Source of the DNA: Octopus vulgaris
Taxonomy: Eukaryota
Assembly (NCBI GenBank): GCA_951406725.2
Contig: OX597820.1
Location: forward strand, 49,104,001 to 49,168,000
Direction of reading: 5' to 3'
Length of the DNA stretch: 64,000 nucleotides
Below are positions 28,253 through 43,969 of the stretch, piece by piece. Both the position numbers and the translations under genes were made by a program. Under the pieces are notes generated by a model that did not search any database, was not told where the DNA came from, and worked only from the letters and a program-made list of their open reading frames with translations. The first letter of the stretch is position 1. Each line of letters begins with the position of its first letter.

Positions 28253-28345
28253 CTGTGTGTGTATGTATGTATTTGTGTGTATGTGCTTGTCTCCCACAAT
28301 CGCTTTAGTTTCGGCAACAGAGAGCGATAGAATAAGAGAATTAAT
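28070..28345 (+). mobile_element. SINE family B with internal microsatellite
   Basis: CCAACCACATGGTTCCGGGTTCAGTCCCA..GTGAGTGGATTTGG..GGAAACTGAAGGAAG, a TA/TG tract, then TTCGGCAACAGAGAGCGATAGAATAAG. Confidence 0.8.
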
Positions 28346-29230
28346 ACTTCTATATCGTCAATTGCTAGTGTGATCCAGAAAAAAACATTCAAGTGAGTTC
28401 TTCAATATTTAATTGAAACCACGTCACATCACTAGCGACAAAAATAACGTTGCTAACATGATGAATGAGCAGAAATATTATTTGCTCCGGACGTATAACT
28501 TAAAAGCTATATAGTCTCAAAACAATTCATGAATGTGAATATAACAGAAATAGCAAAATAAGTAAAATGCATATGCACAAGCCTCTATTCTATAAATCTT
28601 TTTTCAAATACTATAAATTATAACAAATATTAAAACAGAATACAACGGCAATAGTAAAAGTGATTTGGTTTAATTATCATTTTATTTAACTCAATAACTC
28701 ATATATGGAATATTTCTCTGGTAAAAAGTCACTGAACTCACACAACTTTATTGTTAGTACTGTTTTAATGATTTAATGTGTTTTTTTTTTAATATTTTTC
28801 GGCAAACACAAAGAGATTGTACATTTTACTACATATCTGAAAACAATGGCCACATGAAAATATGCATGTCTCCAAACATATGTGTGTGCGTGGTATTAGG
28901 TATGCATGTGAGCGTAGATATGTGAAGGTACACATATATATGTGTGTGACTATATGTCTGTGAGTATGTGCGTGTCTCAGTATGTCTGTGTGTGAATAGA
29001 TATATATTAATGTATAAGGAAAGAGATGGAGAAAAATAGATAGACAGGTAGATAAACAGTTAATAATAGAGAAAATTAGAAAAATAACACTCGTATGTTG
29101 CTTACATTATGTGTAAAGGCAGTATTTTTTCAAAAGATATATATATATATATATATATGTCTGTGTGTATATGTATATGTACATATGTACATATGTATAT
29201 ATATATATATGTATGTGTGTGTGTATGTGT

Positions 29231-29338
29231 ATATTTCGAAAATTATTCCATCTTAAAAAGCAGCGCAAAAATGTTAATATGTAAACTTATACATGCATAC
29301 ACACACACACGCAGACATACACATAGACACACTCATAA

Positions 29339-29399
<61 letters not shown>

Positions 29400-29492
29400 T
29401 GTGTGTGTACATATGTGTATATATATGTGTGTATATATATATATAGAGAGAGAGAGATAGATAAATAGATAGATATAGATATAGATATAGAT

Positions 29493-29553
<61 letters not shown>

Positions 29554-29606
29554 TGTGTGTGTGTGTGCGCTGTTTTTTTTTTAAGATCGAATAATTTTCG
29601 AAATAT
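29231..29606. repeat. about 37-bp inverted repeat enclosing microsatellites
   Basis: ATATTTCGAAAATTATTCCATCTTAAAAAGCAGCGCA (29231-29267) and its near reverse complement at 29566-29606. Confidence 0.85.
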
Positions 29607-30451
29607 TTGTATTTGTCCAATAGAAATGTCATATAAATATATATTACTTAAAGTAGTATATTAGAAACTAACCGTACAAGTGTATACACATACACACAAA
29701 CACTTATTTTAAAATATACATTCATATATATATATGTGTGTGTGTATGTAAGCATACAAACGCACATACATATACATATATATATATATAGATAATTGCA
29801 TACATACATACATACATACATATATGCATACATACATACATACATATACATTCATACGTACATATATACATATATTCATAAATACATCTATACGTAACCA
29901 GCTTTTAGACGGTCACAAAGAATAACGCATTATACATGGCGGACAAAAGGGCAAAATAGCAAACATAATTTTAAAATAAAACAAATTGCATTTACTAATC
30001 GCAGTATCAGCACAAAATGGCGGATATTCACTTAAACATTCATATCGAATAGTAATGTCATATCAGATGATATTTGTATGATATTGATATGATATAATTT
30101 TGCGTTTAGTCTCAGTGGAATTCAACATCTAAACGATAGTTTCTTTTTACCCGTTTCGAATATCATTGGTATACTAGATATCGAATTACATAATGACCCA
30201 TGCACGTACGTATACTCGTAACACAAGAAACATGCAAACGTATTGCTCTCTGATATATACGTATGGCTTTATGTATATAAACATGTATGCATACAGGTGT
30301 ACTTAGATCTGATTATGCATATATATGTGTGTGCGTGTGTTTGTGTGCGTGTCTCTGCGTGTGTGTTTGTTTGCGGTATGTATATATTCATATACCAACG
30401 TATATATATAAAAATATAAAATACATATATATATGTATATATATATGTATT

Positions 30452-30540
<89 letters not shown>

Positions 30541-30849
30541 GCATGTGTGTGTAGACAGATATATATATAAATAGCTAGATAGATAGACACACAGAAATAT
30601 AGATAGATAGATATGATGGACCTCTTACAATCTACTTAAAATATATTTCAGGCTTTTAGTTGGAACAATTTCTAAGACTTCAATGAAACGACAATGCAGG
30701 AACGTTTTTAATGCACATTTTATATGAAATATAGAAAACAAAAAAATGAATATGAGACAAAATACATCAATAAATTAAGAAACAGATAAATGCTAAAAAC
30801 ATAATGACAGTTGTATTTTGCACGCATATGCACGCACTAACATATATGT

Positions 30850-30923
<74 letters not shown>

Positions 30924-30926
<3 letters not shown>

Positions 30927-31380
30927 TGAGAACAACCTAAATCACTTAAAAAGATTCTCACAAAGGCAAAATTGTTTTCTGAAATTACGGATGCAAAAGT
31001 TAAAAAAATGTGGTAGACCAAACTGCGCAACATGCCCAAATCTTCTAGAAGGATCAGAATTCCTCTTCAAAGCGGGACAAAAATTCAAGATCAAATCTAA
31101 TTTTACCTGTGCCTCTGAAAACATAATTTATGTCATAAGATGCTCGGGCTGCCACGAAAACTACGTGGGGTCCACGGGACTATCACTCAGACGTAGATGC
31201 ACACTGCATCGACAACAGATTGCATTCCCAGAATACAGAATGATACCCTTTAGTGAGCACATTGAGAAATGCGCAAAGCAACTACTACCAAAATTTTTAA
31301 TCTTTCCATTTTACCAATGTGCTATCGGAACACCAACACAAATTAGACTAAACAAGGAAACATTCTTCATTGAAAAATAG
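30924..31380 (+). pseudogene. PLE (Neptune-like) GIY-YIG endonuclease 3' fragment inserted in (TA)n
   Basis: KCGRPNCATC (Cys motif), FTCASENIIYVIRCSGCHENYVGSTG.SLRRR..LHRQ and RLNKETFFI. The 3' UTR continues to about 31675 with an HHR remnant CTGAGAA..CGAAACCGGTA (31548-31581). Confidence 0.9.
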
Positions 31381-31671
31381 AAGCCCAAACTTAACCATTC
31401 CAACATACTTATACAGAGAAATTCACTCCAAAAGAAAGGCAAGAAATAATAAGCGATTATCTCCCTTTCACCGGAAGAAATCACTTATTACCTCCCCTTA
31501 CCTGGAACTCATCTTTACACTTCATAACGAAGACATAACACGATGTTCTGAGAAATTTGAAAAGTTAACACGAAACCGGTAATTTCTTCAAAAACTATGT
31601 CACTGTATGAAAAAAAAATTATAACATTCTTCTGACATAAGCCTTCTGTAGTTTTTTCACTTTTTACTATT

Positions 31672-31721
<50 letters not shown>

Positions 31722-31763
31722 TCTTTTACTTGTTTCCGTCATTTGACTGCGGCCATGCTGGAG

Positions 31764-31829
<66 letters not shown>

Positions 31830-31879
31830 GTATGTATATATTTCCATACGTACGATATGGTATAATTAAAAACAGGGCA

Positions 31880-32300
31880 AAGGTTTAGCCAATTCTCTGC
31901 AGACTGAAAAAAAAATGAAGATCCTTAAAAGATTTTCGAAACTTACTGAGTTCTCATTAGACATGTCTACATCCTTTCAACTGTCTCTACATAATCAAAC
32001 AGCCAAACTGTTCATATACTCAGCGAATGCAACAGTTACTCTGTGAAGGAATCCCTAATTTGCATACCGAAAGTGTTGAACACTCTATAAATACACGCGG
32101 CCTGTCAACAGCAATTTCAGTCCACATAGCATCAAGGTATGATATAATAAATATGTAACGTATGGTATAACTATAAATGGAGCAAGTTTTTAGCAATTTG
32201 TGCGCGCACTGAAACAAAATGAACATCCTTAATCGGTTTTCTAACCTTATTGGGTTCTCATCAGATGCCTCCGCATCATTCTAGCAGTCTCCAGAGAAGC
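31880..32300 (+). repeat. further units of the 310-bp repeat
   Basis: TTTTCGAAACTTA near 31933, TAATTTGCATA near 32056, and the next unit starting near 32225. Confidence 0.7.
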
Positions 32301-32510
32301 AATATATATATATATCAAAGGCAAACAGAAATGCATTTTTGTTTATCTTACTAACTGACCAGATGCCGGAGCAGATTTCCACCCCTTCATCCGAAACTCT
32401 GAGTCTTATATTGGCAACTGACTAATTATCACATATATTATCGATAAATTCTTCTATTTCCGTAATATCGGTCTCATTCATTCTTTTGTTGTCATATTAT
32501 TATTATTATT

Positions 32511-32568
<58 letters not shown>

Positions 32569-32570
32569 AT

Positions 32571-32609
<39 letters not shown>

Positions 32610-32700
32610 TTTTGTTAAGCAGCGTCAATTTTTACAATTCTGTAAATAATAATAATGGGGCAATGAAATACAATTATTATTATTTACAGAATATATATTT

Positions 32701-33098
<398 letters not shown>

Positions 33099-33822
33099 AC
33101 ATACACACACACATGTGTATATGCATACTTAATACATACATATATGCGTGTGTGTGTGTGTGTGTTTGTGTGCGTGTGTGTGTGTATGTATTCGTGCATC
33201 TGAGTAGTTCTATTTGCGTGTTATATACGTGAATAAAATGCTAATTTGAAAAGTAATATACGTATGTTATTTTGATTTTAAATAAGATAATTCATTTCTT
33301 CAAATTATCATCCGGAGTTTCTTCAACGAATATTATACGAAAAATCTCTTCTCATGTAAAAGCAATGCCGAATCAATTCTTTCGACATTGCTTCCATATA
33401 CCTCTCTAGTCCTCCAACACATAGACATCATTTGTATGATACTTGCGTGCATCCGTTTTGACTGGGACTGCGAATTTCTATTGGGTTTCATAGGCATATT
33501 CCTCTTTGAGTGCAGTACAAAGCCAACCGCCGAATAATGTATGACCTTATATCTTGTTATATTAGAATATTTCTCTGACATGGCTCGTGTTTTTTTTCCT
33601 TGCGTATGGTTTTCGGTTTCCGTGTATAATGCAATTCCGTGCAATAAGCATAGAGTCACTGAATATATTATTTTCTCTACCACAATTTAGTTTTTATCAG
33701 ACTGATTATCGATCTAAACAATGTAAATAGATACGCGCACCCACACTAATTACATGCATATAGAGATATGTGTATGTATGCACATTCATAGGTGCATATA
33801 AACATGTAACACAAATGTGTGC

Positions 33823-33891
<69 letters not shown>

Positions 33892-34144
33892 CAGGGAGAG
33901 AGAGATTCAAGCTCATCACATGAAGCGAAACTAGACTAGTACGGTGTTCACTTTCGCTAAGCGGTGGTTTGTTTCCCTTGTCTGTCATAGACATGTGCTT
34001 CTTTGCAGCTCTAAGTGATTTTATCTCTTATTTCTAGCTATGTAGGAGCTACCCTAATCTGTTTCTAGCAACGTAGATGCTACCCTACAGCGTCAGTCAC
34101 AATTAATAACAATTGAATTTTCCCTTTGCGGCTTTATGTTGCGT

Positions 34145-34297
34145 GTAGCCACCTGGCTGTGTGGTTAGTAGCGTGGTTACCAACCACAAGGTTCCGGGTT
34201 TAGTCATACTACGTGGCACCTTGGGTAAGTGTCTTATACTATAGCCGACCGAAGCCTTATGAGTGGATTTGGTAGACGGAAAGCGAATACGCCCTTC
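34145..34297 (+). mobile_element. SINE family B head
   Basis: TGGCTGTGTGGTTAGTAGC..GGTTCCGGGTTTAGTC..GTGGCACCTTGGG. Confidence 0.85.
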
Positions 34298-34298
34298 T

Positions 34299-34408
<110 letters not shown>

Positions 34409-34917
34409 TTATTATAATAGGTGGCGTTTGGTGTAATATATGTTAAGAGTGACTTGCAGTACTTCACGTGAGACGTGTGTGTACTTTATTTAATACACAC
34501 ACACACACACACACACACGCATGTATATACGTTTATACATTCGTTTTGCAAAATTAACTTAAATTAGATGCTAAAAAAGAATGAAAAGAAAAATAATAAG
34601 TAGATACAAATAAACGAACGAATAAAATAAATAAAAGCAAATTAAACGAACATGTATAAACAAGGGATACTCACAATAAAGGCATATTCCCCCACACACA
34701 TACATTTACTAAACATAGGCACTCACAGGGATATACCCATGCGCAAATAAAGTCACAATAGAAATACAAAATGTCTGATATTAGTAAATAAGGACACAAA
34801 AAAAAACAGAAAGAAGAAAGCAAAGGAACACTGATGAGATCACAGAAGTGTGACGAAAGACACTGGCCGAAATGCGATCAATATAAAATAAGGCTGAAGC
34901 AAGTGAACACCATATAT

Positions 34918-35088
34918 TTTGTCTCTTTCTCGCACTCTCTTCCACCTCTCTCACACATCTTCCGCTCTCTCTTTCTCTCTCCCTATTTCTACACACAGTT
35001 ATACCATTTGTTAGCGCGGTAACATTTACCCCTTTTCAAAAGTCATAAATAATTTTTTGAATGATGCTATCACAGTAACCAGGGAACT
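34918..35088 (+). repeat. about 170-bp direct repeat, copy 1 (copy 2 at 37137-37303)
   Basis: Shared CATTTGTTAGCGCGGTAACATTTACCCCTTTTCAAAAGTCATAAATAATTTTTTGAATGATGCTATCACA plus flanks. Confidence 0.95.
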
Positions 35089-35141
35089 TGCTAAACTGGC
35101 AATATGACCATCCTCAAATACAAATATATATATATATATTA

Positions 35142-35377
35142 TTGTGTCCGGGGAGAGTCATTGTCTTTTAGTGCCTTATTATTCAATAGTCGTTTGGAAA
35201 GTTTGCAAGACGCAAAGAATACTTTAGAAAATATGTAAGTAAAAGAGTCGAAACATTACCGGTGACTGTATTAAGTAATAAGCCATTAAAAGTGAATGAT
35301 TCTCCCCAGACATAACAAAATATTCTTCAACATCCGAACTCACATAAAGAATATTGGAAACCAAATCTCAAAACGAC

Positions 35378-35380
<3 letters not shown>
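35142..35380. repeat. (TA)n-flanked foldback element, family H4
   Basis: Imperfect 40-bp arms at 35142-35181 and 35276-35315. Confidence 0.75.
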
Positions 35381-35470
<90 letters not shown>

Positions 35471-35504
35471 ATATATATATATTATGTGTACATATATATT
35501 TTTT

Positions 35505-35540
35505 CTTTCTGTAAAAGAGCGTACGCTCGAAACGTAAAAA
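35505..35540 (+). ncRNA. decayed minimal HHR in a short (TA)n-flanked element (H2-related)
   Basis: TTT-CTGTAAA-A-GAGC(GTAC)GCTC-GAAA-CGT-A-AAA. The core differs from CUGANGA at two positions. Confidence 0.5.
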
Positions 35541-35618
35541 ATTTTTTTTATATTCCTGATCGTTCTGTTTGTTTTGTACAACACCTGTCTCTCGTCTTTT
35601 TTTATCTTAAAGTCTCCC

Positions 35619-35663
<45 letters not shown>

Positions 35664-35665
<2 letters not shown>

Positions 35666-35918
35666 CTAATGTACGATAAAATTATTTTGGGGAAAACAAT
35701 TTTATCAATGGCCAGCAAATCAAAAAATACCTTTAAAGGTTAAGTTTATAAATAATTAACAAGATAAGGGCAAAAGAAACATTCTAATGCCAACTATGCT
35801 AAAAAAAGACAAAAATTGTCAATAACCATTATAATTTAATTATAAATTATAATGGTTATCGACAATTTTTGTCTTTTTTCGGCATATTTGGCATTAGAAT
35901 TTTTCTTTTGCCCTTATC

Positions 35919-35922
<4 letters not shown>
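35664..35922. repeat. (TA)n-flanked foldback element, family H1
   Basis: 80-bp arms at 35759-35838 and 35843-35922, 6 mismatches by eye, 4-nt loop. Confidence 0.9.
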
Positions 35923-37091
<1,169 letters not shown>

Positions 37092-37136
37092 TATTTTGTA
37101 TTCCAGGAAGTGCTCATTTGCCCTAAACTGTTGTTA

Positions 37137-37303
37137 TTTGTCTCTTTATCGCACTCTCTTCCATCTCTCTCACAGATCTTCCACGCTCTCTCTCTCCCTA
37201 TTTCTACACACAGTTATAGCATTTGTTAGCGCGGTAACATTTACCCCTTTTCAAAAGTCATAAATAATTTTTTGAATGATGCTATCACAATAACCAGTGA
37301 ACT
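37137..37303 (+). repeat. about 170-bp direct repeat, copy 2
   Basis: Matches 34918-35088. Confidence 0.95.
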
Positions 37304-37803
37304 AAATCTCTAACCTGCATGCTAACCCCAATTGAAGCAATTTCATTTAATACACTATACTACAGCAATTTAGTATCGTATTAAACGTCACAGCATTTTA
37401 TGCATCCCACAGCTAGAAACATAGGGCATTCTGCCAATATAAGTAATGAATGCCATAAAACAATAGACAGCATATTTCCTTGGTAACAGTTTGATCTTTG
37501 AAGCCATTCATGAAAATGCTAATATTATTGCATTTGATGAGGAATGCGCGGCAAATTAATTAGTTAAAAGAAACTTAAGACAGCTTATATAAATATTTGA
37601 AATGGAATGAATTACATGTTTTCTTTTGGGAAATAACTTACCATCATTTTCAGCACTCATTTGATTGCTAACAACAATTTTGCTGCTGCAGTGGAGGAGG
37701 TCTTCAATTTGAGATCTTTATAAATGTTCTCTTGTAGTCTTAGCAATAATCCCGATTATGCATAATTAATTTACTGAAGATATGTTATACACATTTTTAT
37801 ATC

Positions 37804-37889
<86 letters not shown>

Positions 37890-37891
37890 CG

Positions 37892-37922
<31 letters not shown>

Positions 37923-39168
37923 GACATGTTTATTTTAGACTAAATCTACTTGTTGCGCCTATATGTTTCACGTCTGACAAATTCGTGCAATCAATATAAT
38001 ACATTAAACTATATATGCATTAAACTATTTAGTATTATATACGAAATCAATTATATTACGCATACAATAAATCCGTTGGCAATATTATCCACTGACATGC
38101 AATTAGAACCTTAAAATTGGAGAATAAGAGATATTCAGGAAGATCTCTTTGGATAATTTAAACATTTGAACATAAAATTTCCAATGATAGTAATTATCTT
38201 TATTCTTATTTTCTAGTTAACATCTTACATTTAAACAAGATTGCTCACTTTTTAACACACAATGAAGAATAACAATAGATAAATATCATCTTAAATCTAC
38301 AGCATGCCAAAGTTAATAATTCTGCAATAAATAGTAATTCAGCACGCGGTGTAACTTATAAGATAGTGAATACACGAGAGATAATCACTTCTTCATAATA
38401 TTTAGTTTGGTTATGAGCTTTCTCTCAGAATTAAGGGAAAATGAAAAAAAAACGTAATAGAATGGCGTATTTATGCTTTTTGTTGTTGCTTAGTCACCCA
38501 ATAGCTCTTACTTAAACATGAAGATCCTCAAAACATAGAGAATCTTCATAAATCTAGAAAAATGGAGGGCATTTATCCAATGATTCATTCAGTCTCAATC
38601 TAAGTAATATAAAATAATAATGTTCAATTTAGGTAGAGCTGTACGTGCTTTTTTTTTTTTGAAGAAAAATAGTTAACAATAGTAAACTTCGCAAAGATTT
38701 GAAACTAATATCTCTATCTTTTGTAACACTCTTAACATTACAAATTATCCATATGTATTCCAGGCGTTTGGAAACTGATATTTTGTTATACAATACAATT
38801 TAGAACTGATAGTTCTGTTTGTAATATCTGCGCCGACACCTGAAATTAACAGTAAAACTCGGAATATATAACCCTCAATTTCTTTCAGAAATCTATTAGT
38901 TGCTTTATATATGAGTGTACCAGTATTCAAGTATCATGAACATGGAAAATGTAACAACAGTTAGGTTAACTTTTAGAACGATTTAGAGAATAAACACATA
39001 TGAAAACCTATAAGCAGAGAACCGATAGTTGTAAACTAAGCTATTCAGAATAATCCTTTTTAAAGAGGTACACCAAATTATTTTCATATGCTTACAAATT
39101 CTGCAGACTATGATTGAGTAACGTCCAAGTATATTGTAAAGGACTAAAAAGAAAGCTCTGTTTAATCA

Positions 39169-39310
39169 TATAGGTGCAGGCATGGCTGTGTGGTAAAAGT
39201 TTGCTTGCCAGCCACATTCTTAGGGGTTCAGTTCCACTGCGTGGCATCTTAGGCTTATGTCTTCTACTATAGCCTCGGGACAAGCAAAGCTTTATGAGAG
39301 AATTTTGCAA
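39169..39310 (+). mobile_element. SINE family B head
   Basis: TAGGTGCAGGCATGGCTGTGTGGTAAAAG..GGGTTCAGTTCCACTGCGTGGCATC. Confidence 0.85.
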
Positions 39311-39500
39311 ATAAACGAGAGAAACAAATGTATCACACGATAGATAACATTAAGAATGACCCTTCATCAGTTGTTGGTTGTCCATCTACTCCATAGTTTG
39401 AGCAATTCACGATAATATGTGCCTTCGAGAACAGTTGCTCCCGGAAACCAAAATAAAATTCGGGATGTTGTGGAGGGTCAATACATATAAATACAATTAA
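39311..39500 (-). repeat. fragment related to the 51385-51710 element (H6)
   Basis: Minus strand AGTAGATGGACAACCAACAACTGATGAAGGG resembles plus-strand AGTAGATAAAACAGGGGAGAACTGATGAAGGG at 51541. Confidence 0.5.
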
Positions 39501-39609
39501 TGGTACTGAGAAACGGCACCTACACGCTAGAAATAGACATCAAAATCTCTAAAGAACCACTATAACTTACACTCAAATAGTAGAAGGCTGAAAGCGGACA
39601 AATGAATTA

Positions 39610-39679
<70 letters not shown>

Positions 39680-39755
39680 TGTATGTATGTATGTATGTAT
39701 GTATGTATATATATATACATGTATATGTAAGTGTGTATGTACATATGTGTATATA

Positions 39756-39801
<46 letters not shown>

Positions 39802-40691
39802 TTACATGCATATACGCACACGCAAATACAGACACACTCATTCACACACACACAAATACACTCACAAAAAGTTGTCTAAGGTGGATCTCTATAAGGCCGA
39901 GGCATATCAAACTGAAAGACGCCACAATTATTGACTGGACAGAATGACACAAATCAGGCATCCTTAAGTATAGAAAATTGAACGGAACCATATGCGCAGC
40001 ATAAAAGCATGTTAAAAATCAACGAATTGGTTATTAGGCTCTGCCGCTACAACATTTACATTTCATTAAAAGATTTATTCTGACGTAAACATGACAGAGG
40101 TATAACTAAATAATGTACATCATCAATATGTTTGTGTAATAAGTTACGCAACTATAAACAAGCAACCATCACTACAAGGCTGAATCAAATGATCATCCAC
40201 TAGTGGATTGTCTAATAAGAAATATAGACACATAAGAAATATAAAGTGGTGGGACTATAAATCTGTCACTCAGAAATCTGGGCAATAGAATAACAGCAGA
40301 GTGACGGTGTAAATTAAAGAGTGGTTAAAAGGCGATTCAATTCTAGATATGTCATTGAACTTAGTAACCTCGGCCATAAAAGCTGGTAGTGGTAAGATAT
40401 GTAGGCAGCGGGTACCAAGTATGAAAACGTATTCTTCTAGACTGATGCAGACATTCTGCAAAAAAAAAAAATGCGTCTTAATGTTTAGTTGGTTCAGTAG
40501 TTACATGTTTTGCATTATCTTGATTAAATTGGTGCAATTAATTATAGCCTGTTAGCTTTGGTTAATGAACATCTAGCTAATTTTAATATATGGAAAGTAA
40601 CTGAAGGAAACTGCACATTCACACACACACACACAAACACAGACACACACTCATACACAGATATTGATTTTATATATATATACATGCATAC

Positions 40692-40770
<79 letters not shown>

Positions 40771-40773
<3 letters not shown>

Positions 40774-40915
40774 GGCATTATTACACATAAATGCCACACG
40801 CTAGGAGGGACTTTCAAAGTCATTACTACCAAAAATAAACGAATCGTACCGAATGCAGCTCTCGAAGCAAGACATTTAACAACAGCGTGTGGCATTTATG
40901 TGTAATAATGCCCTC
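40771..40915. repeat. (TA)n-anchored element with perfect 32-bp inverted arms
   Basis: GAGGGCATTATTACACATAAATGCCACACGCT (40771-40802) and its exact reverse complement at 40884-40915. Confidence 0.95.
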
Positions 40916-41050
40916 TATATAATATAAATAAATATTTTCAAGTGAAAAAATTTACAGATTTTTTCTTTTATGAGGTTTTTCACACTAACTACCTGATAAT
41001 TTCTTGTTAAGATTTCTTATTAAGATTTTATCCTTAATTGTTAAATTATA

Positions 41051-41123
<73 letters not shown>

Positions 41124-41129
41124 CATATA

Positions 41130-41295
41130 TAGACGGGCTTGTGTGTATTGCGGGCACTTGTAATTGTGTTTGGAAAGCTGCTATTGGTGTGTTTTCGTTC
41201 TTGTAACTTTGCGTTGCTTCAAAACGAAACTAAGTCCTGGGGTCGATTCGTTCCACTAAAGTTTTTCGAGGCATTTTACGATCATCCCCTCAGTC
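41130..41295 (+). mobile_element. SINE family B tail fragment
   Basis: TAAGTCCTGGGGTCGATTCGTTCCACTAAAG. Confidence 0.6.
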
Positions 41296-41824
41296 TGATA
41301 GTTACGTTTTATAAATAAAATTTGCTTTGGAAAACTTCGTTGTAGAGGGTTGCCTCTGAAAATACATATGTGTCGTAGTATGATTAGATTCTTTGTTATA
41401 CCTTCGGAAAAGAGTCAGAAATAGTTGTCAGAGAATATCTTCGACTTCACCTGCCCCAATTTTTCCTAAAACCTCTAATTTACTCCAATGTCTTACTATG
41501 TGTGAAAAGCGGTTGAGAAAGTCTCCCACCGCTATGAAACATGTGTTGCCGAGATTTCCCATACTCCATTCCGTAAGTCTTGTATTCTTTTTCGTACACT
41601 CAACAACCCTGTTTGCCTAACGAGGACTATAATAAGAACCTCAGAAGTGATAATATCCAAGTGATGTGAATACCGCCGGCTACTCTTCAGAATTCACTCA
41701 GAATTTTCATACATTCTGTCATTCAGAATGTTCATACATTCATACAAATACAAACACACATACACAGACACACACACACACACACACACACATTCACACA
41801 CATACATGCTTACATACGTGTGTG

Positions 41825-41866
<42 letters not shown>

Positions 41867-41906
41867 TATTTATATATAATGTATATATGTATATGTATAT
41901 ATATTA

Positions 41907-41942
<36 letters not shown>

Positions 41943-41945
<3 letters not shown>

Positions 41946-42228
41946 CAATTGCAGCATGGAAGGTGTTTATAAGGTATTTAAAAACACACAAAAAACCGTT
42001 AGATTCATTTCAACATTTAAATTCAATTTCCCAAAATATTTTCATCGCTTTGAAACCGCCACCTGGTCCCTGACAATATTCCGGGCGGCATGGAATTTTG
42101 TCAGCGAACAAGTGGCGGTCTCAAAGCGACGAAAATATTTTGGTAAATTAAATTTAAATGTTGAAATGAATCTAACGGTTGTTGTGTTTGTAAATAGCTT
42201 ATAAACACCTTCCACGCTGCAAGTGTTA
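41943..42228. repeat. (TA)n-flanked foldback element of about 286 bp, family H5
   Basis: Arms 41943-42082 and 42092-42228 with a 9-nt loop. Homologous to 47338-47657. Confidence 0.95.
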
Positions 42229-42626
42229 TATATATATATATAGAGGGTTATGTGTATTTACCTTTCGTGTATATTTTGTTTCCTTACATAATTCAGAAAC
42301 CTGATCCTACGAAACAATAGGTAATTGTAGTTTTGTAGAGATTTGTCGTATAAACCAGAGCAATAACTTATCCTAACAATTTAACCTCTTTCCAACGATA
42401 TAATTTCCGTCGTATCGTTCGAAAATTCACGCTGAACCTCTGCAATATACTAACCTACAACTAATATTTCCTGCATGATTAGAACTATGATTTGTCACAG
42501 ACCATTCATGCTTGTACAACTTTATACATTTCCTGTGCAAAATCATTGTTTTTACAATTCTTTTCAAATACACACATCACTCTGCACAAGCACATATATC
42601 ATTCTAAGATCAACACTTTCTCATAT

Positions 42627-43969
42627 AACTACCGACCGGTTTCCCTTACATCAATAATCAGCAAGATGTTCGAAACCATCCTTAAGAAAAGTATGATGCT
42701 CCACCTCCAAAACACAGCCTCTATCTCTGATTCCCAACACGGCTTCGTGCCAAAGAGATAATGCTTGACCAACGTACTGGTAATGGAAGCATTGGTGACG
42801 CGCATCCTCGATGATAGTGATGCTGTTGACATCGTTTTATTGAACTTTGCCAAAGCTTTTGACTCGGTAAACCACCGCCTATTACTTGTCAAGCTTCAAG
42901 CATATAGTTTCCATCCGGATATTGTACGATGGGTTGGTGCCTTCCTCTCAGATTGCTCCTTCCAAGTCCAAGTTAATGGTTCGCGGTCCGACGTCTCCAG
43001 TGCGAGCAGTGGCGTGCCTCAAGGTTCAGTGCTTGGGCCCTTATTGTTCTTAGTCTTCATAAATGACTTGCCCGACGACCTCACGCAACACACCCTTCTA
43101 TTTGCCGACGATGTCAAACTGGTCGCTCCTCGCGGTGATATAGAGGATCTTCGTCGATGCCTCCACCAAATTTGGAGATGGTCTAACGAATGGGCCCTGT
43201 GTCTGAACGTGTAAAAGTGCTGTCATCTGCCTGTTGGCTCTCCTCCTGCAACTCAACTTAATTTCGAGCCGGGTCGTCTGCTGCTGGAGAGGACCGAGCA
43301 GGTAAAGAACCTGGGTATCTTGGTGGATTCCTCCTTTTCGACTTCGGCTCAGTGCGTCCATGCTGCCAACAAAGCACGCGGAATTCTGTTCTTGATTCGA
43401 CGGTCATTCGGAATGCTCACAGCAGCCATATTCCTACCGCTCTATGTCACGCTGGTGAGACCCATATTGGAGTATGGGATTCAAGCCTCTTCTCCATATC
43501 TCCTCAAAGACACAAAGCATCTCGAAAGAGTCCAGAAGCTGTCTACCCGCATGGTTCTTGGTCTCAAGAATTTGTCTTATGAAGAAAGGCTGAAGACGCT
43601 CGACCTTTATTCTTTAGAAAAACGACGACGCCGTGGAGATCTCATTCTTGCTCACAACATCATAAGCGGAAAGTGTAACCTCTCGAAAGAGCTGTTCTTC
43701 ACTCCTGCTCCGTGGCGTCGGCTGCAGGGTCATTCCGAAAAGCTCTATCTACGACGATTTCATCTCAATCGAAGGAGAGGGGCTTTCTCCGTCTGGGTTG
43801 CGGATCCGTGGAATAAGCTGCCAGACGAGATGGTGAAGATGCCGACGACATCTCGGTTCAAGGTCTCCCTTGACCTCAAGTGGCTTGAACTCTTTATATG
43901 AACACCACCCTGTACATAGCTCCATGTCCCCCTACATGGCCTTGCTTTTTGCTTTTTGAGCCAACAAAT

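Noticed and set aside
33333-33683. 116-aa minus-strand ORF
   Set aside because: No recognisable domain. At best it is a very decayed LINE C-terminus.
34040-34090. Possible miRNA hairpin containing TACCCT
   Set aside because: Pairing is weak and it does not match the miR-10 mature sequence beyond a few bases.
35790-35890. HHR in family H1 (CCGAAAA-A-GACA..TGTC-GATA)
   Set aside because: Stem III cannot be formed and the core has several mismatches.
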